Assembly (NCBI GenBank): GCA_946965045.2
Contig: OX337240.1
Span: 1,922,001 to 1,986,000 of the forward strand
Direction of reading: 5' to 3'
Source of the DNA: Epithemia pelagica
Lineage: Eukaryota; Protista; Bacillariophyta
Length of the DNA: 64,000 nucleotides
The position numbers and the translations under genes are program-made. The notes under the pieces were generated by a model. That model was not told where the DNA came from. It ran no database searches and was given only the letters and a program-made list of their open reading frames with translations. Shown piece by piece: positions 56,313 to 64,000 of the stretch. Each line of letters begins with the position of its first letter. The stretch's first letter is position 1.

Positions 56313-57134
56313 ATGACGGAGGGAAAAGCTACATACTTCAACCCGTCCTTTTGGAAAGGGTCCTGTGGTGGGATACTGGTTCGGGCCTTGCTGTGGTGTT
56401 GTCTCTCGACGACCACAGTCGCATATGTCGCTTTTCCAATACCAGGGTCCCATCTCCAAACGACCATTAGTGATTGTGGCCGTGGCGCTCATTCTAGTAG
56501 TGTCACCTCGCAGACAAGCTCCTTATGCAGCCAAACACGTCGCTCATGTGGAATCCCATTGTTGGCAGCAATGGGTGGCCGAGACTCGAACAGTCTGGAG
56601 GATGACATTGACGCCAAGGACGCAGAAAATTTGTTTGCCTTGAACGACCCTAAATTTGGCCTTGGTCAACGCATCGCATCGATTCAGTCCTTGGTTGTTG
56701 GTGCTTTTTCGGGAAGTCTAGCAATGGCATTCCCGGCTTTGATTCATGATGCGTTCTTGAACGATATGATATTGGCTACAGGTCCACCCAATGGTCTCGC
56801 ACAGTTCGAGTTTGACAGCGATATGGCGGCATTGCTGGGGGGCCTGTTTGCCATTGTGTATCGGTATTGCCTCCGCCTCGATGGAGATCGAGAGCAATTG
56901 AAACAAGGTGTCGTGGCTGCCTTTGTCCTGACACGCACTCTCAGTCGAATCACTGTGGCATCCCCCTGTCGTAGTATCCCGCTCTACTGCGGACCTCCTT
57001 TGGGATACTTGAACTGGAATATGATAGTTCAAATTATTGTGAATGGTGCAGAGTCTGCCGTTTTGTTTGGGGCAGCGGCTGCAGCCATGGACTATTGCAT
57101 GGAGAAAGGATGGATTTCCAAGTTTCCTGGATGA
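56313..57134 (+). CDS. Plastid-targeted conserved membrane protein of cyanobacterial type, function unknown, 273 aa
   Basis: Signal peptide plus ASAFAP-like VA/FP junction. LFAIVYRYCLR.D...QLKQGVVAAFVLTR and ESAVLFGAAAAAMDY...GWISKF resemble a cyanobacterial/chloroplast family recalled from memory. Confidence 0.75.
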   Translation: MTEGKATYFNPSFWKGSCGGILVRALLWCCLSTTTVAYVAFPIPGSHLQTTISDCGRGAHSSSVTSQTSSLCSQTRRSCGIPLLAAMGGRDSNSLEDDIDAKDAENLFALNDPKFGLGQRIASIQSLVVGAFSGSLAMAFPALIHDAFLNDMILATGPPNGLAQFEFDSDMAALLGGLFAIVYRYCLRLDGDREQLKQGVVAAFVLTRTLSRITVASPCRSIPLYCGPPLGYLNWNMIVQIIVNGAESAVLFGAAAAAMDYCMEKGWISKFPG

Positions 57135-57662
57135 CGCGTCTCTTTCATTGACATGGATCCAGTCCCTTTGAATGATGATCAAAGCACTAGCGACTGTTGC
57201 AGTCATGACATTTTCATATCGGAAAAGGCAAATGGTCTAATCATATTGTAGAGTTACTCCGTTCTCCCCTTCGGCAACGGGATATGAGTTAGGCCGTGCA
57301 TTTCTACAGAAAACCCCCATGGACAAGGGGTCCAAATGAAAATTGAGTTGTGAATGGTGCAGAGTCTGCCGTTTTGTTTGGGGCAGCGGCTGCAGCCATG
57401 GACTATTGCATGGAGAAAGGATGGATTTCCAAGTTTCCTGGATGACGCGTCTCTTTCATTGACATGGATCCAGTCCCTTTGAATGATGATCAAAGCACTA
57501 GCGACTGTTGCAGTCATGACATTTTCATATCGGAAAAGGCAAATGGTCTAATCATATTGTAGAGTTACTCCGTTCTCCCCTTCGGCAACGGGATATGAGT
57601 TAGGCCGTGCATTTCTACAGAAAACCCCCATGGACAAGGGGTCCAAATGAAAATTGAGTTGT
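57037..57662. repeat. Tandem duplication, unit 311 bp x2, with TTGT microhomology at all three junctions
   Basis: Copy 1 at 57037-57347 and copy 2 at 57348-57658; no differences seen on reading both. TTGT at 57037, 57348 and 57659. Confidence 0.95.
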
Positions 57663-57716
57663 AGTTTTGGAATGTTAATTGAAAACTCGGGTTGAAATCT
57701 GTCAACGGGGTTCAAC

Positions 57717-58082
57717 TTAATAGTCACCACCGCCACCTTCCTCACCACCAAACATATCCATTCCTCCTCCCAAATCCATTTCTTCTTCTTCCTTTTCTTC
57801 CTCCTTCTCTTCTTCAGCAGCAGCGGCACCATCTCCACCGGCATCTCCACCGCCGCCTCCTCCTCCACCGCCGCCGCCTCCGCCGCCAAATGTGGCCAAC
57901 ATATCCTTTCCAGACTCGATCAATTCGGCCAAATCCTTGCCCTCCAACTCGGACAACAAGCGATCGCATTTCTCGCCATCCATCTCTACACCAACACAAG
58001 ACAATGCCGTCTCAATGTCTTCCTTGGAGGGTGAATCATTTCCACCGAGTTTCAAGAGGAGGTAGACTGCTAAATGCTTCAT
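57717..58082 (-). CDS. RPLP2: 60S acidic ribosomal protein P2, 121 aa
   Basis: MKHLAVYLLLKLGGNDSPSKEDIETALSCVGVE...LLSELEGKDLAELIESG; hinge; acidic tail. Confidence 0.95.
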   Translation of the reverse strand: MKHLAVYLLLKLGGNDSPSKEDIETALSCVGVEMDGEKCDRLLSELEGKDLAELIESGKDMLATFGGGGGGGGGGGGGGDAGGDGAAAAEEEKEEEKEEEEMDLGGGMDMFGGEEGGGGDY

Positions 58083-58474
58083 TTTTGTTGTTGCGGAGTT
58101 TTACTGCCATTCAGATGCAAGGGATGAATGTGGTACACACGTAAGCTCCCATACCAGACTTCCATGACGCTGGAAAGAATTCAGTCGGATGAAACTTACC
58201 TTTGTATTCAATGTAAATGACACCAACCTTGCAAGCAATTATGCCTCGTCTCTGGCAGCAAACAAGTTGTTGTTGTAAGTCAAACATGGCACATCGGGTC
58301 TGGTTAACGTTCAAGTAAGACCGGTAACCAGTAAAAATGAATTTAAAGCGACCAAAAGGGACCTACGTGATCATGGGTCGCGGAACGGATCACAGGGACT
58401 CATGGGAAGAGAAATGGAATAACCATCATCGATTTTCATTCATAGAACAGGAGAAGTACATACCTGCAGACATC

Positions 58475-59386
58475 ATGGGAAAGAAACGATCCAAAACGCA
58501 AAAGAAGAAGCAGGTCAAAGCATCCAACAAGCTAGCCAAAGCGTTCGCGAAGAAACTTGGTGTTGCGACTTCGACCGGTGGGGTCACCAGCCCTAGCAAC
58601 GGTGAGAACATGAATCTTGATATCGACAGAAGCGGAACTGTAAGCGACGGCAAGCCTCAAAAGAAGCCTATCATTAATTCCAAACGACTGCTTGTCAAAC
58701 TGACGAAGAAGCAGCAACGAAATAACGAGGAACACATGGACGCACCAAATGTCCGTGGCAGCTGTGATGGAGGCAAAGTGGAAGGAAACGTCCAGTTGCA
58801 GGATTTTGTCAAGGAAGCCAACTCTTTGCGTGAAAGGGAATTGCAAATTGAATGGAAACGAAATGTGATGCGAGAGAATCGACGACTGAGACACAAAGGT
58901 GGAAAGCTGGAGCTCACTCCTGCTTCATTCAGCTTGGCCCTGGGGAGTAAAAAGTCGGTCGAGCAGCTGGTCGGTAAAGTCTCCACAATTGGCCTTGATG
59001 AAAGCCGCCGGGTGGAAGATGCCATCGCAGGGTCCTCTACAGCATCAAGGACCACAACGCCAACAAAACTACAAGCGTTACCCACTCCTTTTTCTACGCC
59101 CAAATCATTCTTGTCGTGGAATGATCAAGACGATAATAGTACGAAAGGTGAAGATGTGAGAAATGAAAATCCGTGGGCTGTGCTAGATGAAGAAGAGGTC
59201 AACGAAAGGGAGTCACCGGAACAACCGTTGTCCACGCCTGCACAAGCTTCTTTTCAGTTCGCTCCAGCATCATTCGCGGTTTCGACTGATCCACAACAAC
59301 CATCACATTCCAATATCTTCCAAAATCCAAAGCTTGCTCCTCAACCGAACGCCAATTTTACAACGGAGATAGATCCCGATTTGTAG
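58475..59386 (+). CDS. Uncharacterised Lys-rich, probably nuclear/nucleolar protein
   Basis: Long ORF 58337-59386; likely start MGKKRSKTQKKKQVK at 58475; no recognised domain. Confidence 0.6.
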   Translation: MGKKRSKTQKKKQVKASNKLAKAFAKKLGVATSTGGVTSPSNGENMNLDIDRSGTVSDGKPQKKPIINSKRLLVKLTKKQQRNNEEHMDAPNVRGSCDGGKVEGNVQLQDFVKEANSLRERELQIEWKRNVMRENRRLRHKGGKLELTPASFSLALGSKKSVEQLVGKVSTIGLDESRRVEDAIAGSSTASRTTTPTKLQALPTPFSTPKSFLSWNDQDDNSTKGEDVRNENPWAVLDEEEVNERESPEQPLSTPAQASFQFAPASFAVSTDPQQPSHSNIFQNPKLAPQPNANFTTEIDPDL

Positions 59387-59858
59387 CCATTGCAAGAACA
59401 AAAAGCAGCATATTGTTGCATTCTTGAAACGCACACATGAACATTACTCTTCTACTGACGAGAATCTTTTCAACCATCCGTTTTGTTGAGCACGCGAACC
59501 GTACATTTTCTCCGGCTTTTTGGCAAGTCAGTAGTAACTGTTTTGATCCCACACAAGCACATAAACTTTTAGACTGTATAAAAGAACTTACTGATAAAGC
59601 TGTATTCACACACACGAAAGCGTTCTAGTATGTGCCAAACAATTTATTGCGCGTGAAGCTTTATTGCGATCCCAGAACAATCTTATTACTGCACGCAAAC
59701 CTGTTGTTTTGGGTGGCCTTTGACTTCGGAAGTTTAGATCTACACCGACACTATGAAGATGGGGCCACATATTGATAAAAAGTAACACTATAAAGAACGC
59801 AGTCACTCGGATATGTTTGTTCTCAAGAACTTGAGATACGGAACCAGGATTCCAGGCA

Positions 59859-62800
59859 CTAGAAGTACTGGTTAAGTTTGGCGTGTTTCTCCTTGACCAA
59901 TCGAACCCATTGCATATTTGTCGAGAGCACGGACGCTTGTTTCGACGCACCGACTCGGTCGGTCCCACGGTTCAGCGAGGCACCAGTCCGGTTCCCCAGC
60001 GCCATGAGCAATTGCCTAAGAGAAATGTCAATGTCCTCAATGGTTCGTGAAGGGATAGACCAACTAGAAAAGTCCAGTAAGATCTTGTATCGATGAATGC
60101 AAAGAAGAGCTTCTCCCATCAAAGCTGGATCTGTGTCATTGAGTGTTGTTTGTGTTTCCATTTCCCTTGTCTTTTCCATAGATGAAGACGGAGAAGACAA
60201 ACGGAGAACCAGACTCTCAAGTTGATTGAGGTAAATCGTCATTTCAGCATGGGCGGCATTCACCGGTCTCAAATCTTTTGATCGGATATTGTAGAGAAAT
60301 CGAATAAAGAGCTTCGTTCCGTATGTAACGATGATGACTGATGGAATCGCAGCCAAGATTTGAAAGTGAATTTGGTTTCCCTGGACAGAGAGTCGCGTGC
60401 AATGACATGTCAGCATTTGCCGATACTATGACGATGCCTATCAAACAATCTAGAGCCTTCTCTCACCTTTATCAATACATCAATTGTATCCAACGCTTGC
60501 AACAATCCCACTTTCAGTTGCTGAACCTGAACGAGCAGCAATCGAACCAAACGACCACTAGCAACGTTCATGTACAATCCTTGATTCAAATCTTTTTCGT
60601 ATTGGGTAGCGGCACGTTCCAAAGCAGCTGCACGAGACGCGGCTGTCCCGTCCCCATAACCCAAATCACGCAACATGTGATCTAACGAACGTTCCTCCAA
60701 CTGTAAACCAAAGCCAGACATTAGCCCTTTGCTTCGGTTCATAATTTCATCATATATACCTTTGAGCGGGATCCATACTCGTTGATCCATTATTTCAAGA
60801 AGTTTCAAAGAAATTTGTATGACATCGCGTTTGAAGTCTGGCCAGTAAGGTTTCGCGAACGTATGGAGAGCATTTGCAAGAAGAATCTGTAAAAGTGCCA
60901 ATGGTAGACCCAGAATATTCAATCGGCGCGTCCAGCTAACGATGGCGGCATCACGAAGTCGCAGCGCTTCACCCTCTCCTGTTCGGCGGCCAGGCAAATT
61001 GTCTACCAAGTTCAAGATTTTGGCCCAATCTTGCGCAATCGATTCTGGTGTCCTGGTGATACTTTGTGAGTATCTCGAAGCTTTTTTCAGGCGATCCTGA
61101 TTCCCTCCAAGGTGTTTCGATGGCATTCCGCTTACCCAGCTCTCTTTCAATTCTGAAAATTCCGTCTCGTCAAACACTTCGGATGAACTACCCTGGCGTG
61201 ATTCCAAAAGGATCCGAAATAAGGTGGAACGACAAGTGCTCGTCCATTCAGAAGCTTCCTGCAACCAAACTTCATTGTTCTTGTTTTGATTGTGGCTCCA
61301 ACTTTTCAGTAATGCAGTAGATGCCGCTGGTGCATGAAGTTCACCGTTCGATTCTAGTTTGCGAATTGATAGAAGGCTGCTCGCTCCATCGGTCATCCAC
61401 TGAATCGAATAGTCTGATAAGGATGGAAGTTTCCAATTTGAAAACTTGTGTGATAACAGTTCTTTGAATGAAGGTTGTCGTTGCGTCGTTGCAGGTGTGG
61501 CATTTGTATTGTCACGTCCACGACTCCATCTATTACAAAACCACGACCACCACGAAGACCCCTCGCCAGTCTTCTCATCTAAAGATGCACCCAACTCACT
61601 ATCTTGGTTCTTTCCCTGTTTCACCTTCGTTTTCTGACTCTTTCTGAAGATTTCCGTTTCATGCAAAGCATCAAGTAAAATTTTCTCGGGTGCATCACTA
61701 GGCCGACTCAGCAATAAATATGTCAGAACTCCCAGACGCTCAATTTCGGATTGATAGGCAGCTTTGGCGTATGCCAATCGGAGACGATCCCGTTCTAAGC
61801 TATAAGGCAGCTTTGAAAAGAGTCCGGAAAAGCGCTGAAGTCCGTCTACTCTTCGAGTCCAGTGGTCGACCGTACGTGCCCTACGACACGGACAACAGGG
61901 AGGATTCGGTATGAGAACAATAAAAACACAATGGTGTTTTGGGGACCAGTATACTTACAAACGATTCGTTGTCCGCAAAAGACGATTTCGGCATGCTCGC
62001 AACAGTGCGTCCGTTATTCTTATTTCCGCAGAATGAATACCGATCTCAAGAACTCGATACAGCTCCTCGTCTTCCTGTATCTCGGTGATGGTCTGGAAGA
62101 TTGATTCAACTTCCGCTATGTATGGGATCATTTGCTGGACATAGGTACGTAAATAACCTGGCTTGCATGATATAGAAAGAACATGGACCACACGGTCCAC
62201 GAGATGTTGTACCAATGGATCCAGCTGCTTCTCGTTAAAGTTGGGCATGTTCGACTTTGATGGATGGTGGCTTTGAAGCTGGCTCTTGATTCTGGAAACT
62301 AGCACTGTTCGCACCAGTTTCTGTCGAACGCAATCAATGCCACCAAGGAGCTGATAGTTGGCATCATCCACATCTAAGACATAAGAGCGACCGTTTGAGT
62401 TGTATTTTTGTTGTTGTTTTTGCAAAGCAGCCTCGACGGAATTTTGACGAGCTCCACTGTCCGGATACAAACGGAAAAGGCGGCCTGATACAATTAAATG
62501 GGTCATAACCAGTAAAGTAACAATTCCCACAGGCGGTTTGTAGGATATGATGGTCCAGTATTGGTCGTAGAGATGCTGAAAGTATGGTTTAATCAGTGCC
62601 TGTTCTTCTGCAACTGCGGCGGCGGAAGCTGCTACCGATGATGGCATTTTCCCAATGATTGGTTCCTTGGAAAAATGAGATGAGCCTGATCCATCTACAT
62701 CCACTGGCACCTCCACTGTCATCATTTGTTCACCAGCAATTGCTTGTCCCTCACCATTCGACTCGACAATACCGTTTCTTCTTCTTCCAAGTGAGAGCTT

Positions 62801-62977
62801 CCAAGCCTGGGTAGATGTGCGATCGCTGCCGTGGAGACTGCAGAGAAAACAAAGTTGGAGCAGCCAGAACCGAGGCTTCCTAATAGAAAGACTACCGAAC
62901 AATGATGTCCGGACAATCATGCCATTCTTTTGATGAGACGTCTTCTTCAATGCTCTTGTATTCCCCATCGATGTCAT
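59859..62977 (-). CDS. NCA2 (nuclear control of ATPase 2)-domain protein; 3 exons, about 984 aa
   Basis: Exons 62977-61959, 61880-60467, 60380-59859 (GT-AG introns of 78 and 86 nt; 2955 nt in frame). Motifs RVWIPLKGIYDEI, GRLVRLLLVQVQQLKV, IDVLIKGNQIHFQILAAIPSV. Confidence 0.8.
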
Positions 62978-63513
62978 CGTGGATCCATCATTTCTACTCC
63001 AACACTCCAACCACAATTACTTCCATCGTATGAGTATGACAGACACCTCGTTTGGAGCGCAAGCCCGAGGGTCTTCACTTCTGGACCTGCGCGATTTCGC
63101 TTCTCCGCTACTCGTAATTCTCAAGGGAAGCGCGATCGGATCGCATTTGGGCAGCATCCAGAGAATTCAAGGGATGCGATTTTGCTACTTCGCTATTCGG
63201 AAGCAGGATTTGTCGGTCATTGCTGTCTGTGCCCATGCCAATGACACTACAACTTATAAGTATTTCCTGGACGGTCTCCTACAATAAAGGTACCATGGGC
63301 CATGGGCCACGGGATGATGATGATGGTTATGGTTCGTGATCGTGAGGGGAGAAGTTAGGTAGGGGAGAAGTTCATGTTCATGCTTCATGCTCCTGAATCA
63401 GCCATAAACAACCGTAGGATCGACGAATATTCGTATTTTTACCTGGTTGTGTTTCGTTGATCCCTGAGCAGGGTCAATGGTCAATTTAGAGAACTGCTAT
63501 GCGAGTCTAAGCT

Positions 63514-63534
63514 ACTGGGAACTGGGAACTGGGA
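63514..63534. repeat. Heptamer tandem array (ACTGGGA)x3
   Basis: Read directly from the sequence. Confidence 0.85.
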
Positions 63535-63636
63535 CATTCATGTGTTCCATTTTTTTCCTGCCATGCCTAGGCCTTATGATTATACCTAGTAGGAGTAGTA
63601 CTTTGTCTAACGTCCAGCCGACAGATGATTATCGTT

Positions 63637-63712
63637 GCCCAACGCCCAACGCCCAACGCCCAACGCCCAACGCCCAACGCCCAACGCCCAACGCCCAACG
63701 CCCAACGCCCAA
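63637..63712. repeat. Heptamer minisatellite (GCCCAAC)x10.9
   Basis: Ten perfect units plus GCCCAA (76 nt). Confidence 0.95.
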
Positions 63713-64000
63713 GGATCAGGATTGGGAAGAATTGGCTTAGAACGTGTCATAAATAAAGGCTGCTAGTAGTTGTAAGACGACCCGTGCACTGCTGTCTGCT
63801 GTCGTCTCTAATCTCTAATCCATAGAATGATAGGAGTACTACTCCTAGTAGAGAATCCATGCCTGACAGACACAGACGCGTGCAACTCGCTACCGACAAT
63901 GGGAACAATGCGATCCTTCACCCCCTAGCGAGGGTGTTTTTGAGGTTGTAATTTCGTTGAAACACGAAATTAAACCCTCTTATTCACCCCCGCTAGAGGC

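Noticed and set aside
63637-63712. Telomeric or CRISPR interpretation of the short repeats
   Set aside because: The unit is not TTAGGG/TTTAGGG and the array is internal. No repeat-spacer array or cas-like ORF exists in this eukaryotic window.
214-63740. Numerous 60-330 aa ORFs antisense to or out of frame with the called genes
   Set aside because: They are shadows of real coding regions or low-complexity tracts and have no independent motifs.

Overview
Eukaryotic nuclear DNA, most likely from a pennate diatom (inferred from gene-dense layout, 57-131 nt GT-AG introns, bipartite plastid-targeting leaders and a P2 protein ending in GGDY). It uses the standard genetic code. I can support about 24 protein-coding loci. 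These include an intact intronless hAT/BED transposase, a choline-transporter-like protein, a SWIM-finger (SWS1/ZSWIM7-like) gene, and three tandem 8-exon OSCA/CSC1 channel paralogues whose exons 3-7 have identical lengths. A bacterial-looking GNAT acetyltransferase is wedged inside the OSCA array. Also present are GT31- and GT61-type glycosyltransferases, VPS15, a 6-exon MER3/HFM1 helicase, RPLP2 and an NCA2-domain gene. Non-coding structure: a 781-bp Tourist/PIF-like MITE (42-bp TIRs, TGA target duplication) ending 20 bp before the SWIM gene ATG; an apparently exact 311-bp tandem duplication with TTGT microhomology; and several intergenic heptamer arrays that all share a GTT/AAC core. Three genes carry a single lesion each (two in-frame TAA, one apparent frameshift). 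The best candidate for an undescribed system is the OSCA triplet, whose cytosolic loops carry a variable number of LEA/perilipin-like 11-mer repeats, plus the embedded Mpr1-like acetyltransferase, read as a possible osmotic-stress module. That reading is inference. All domain calls come from motif recognition by eye; no database search was run.
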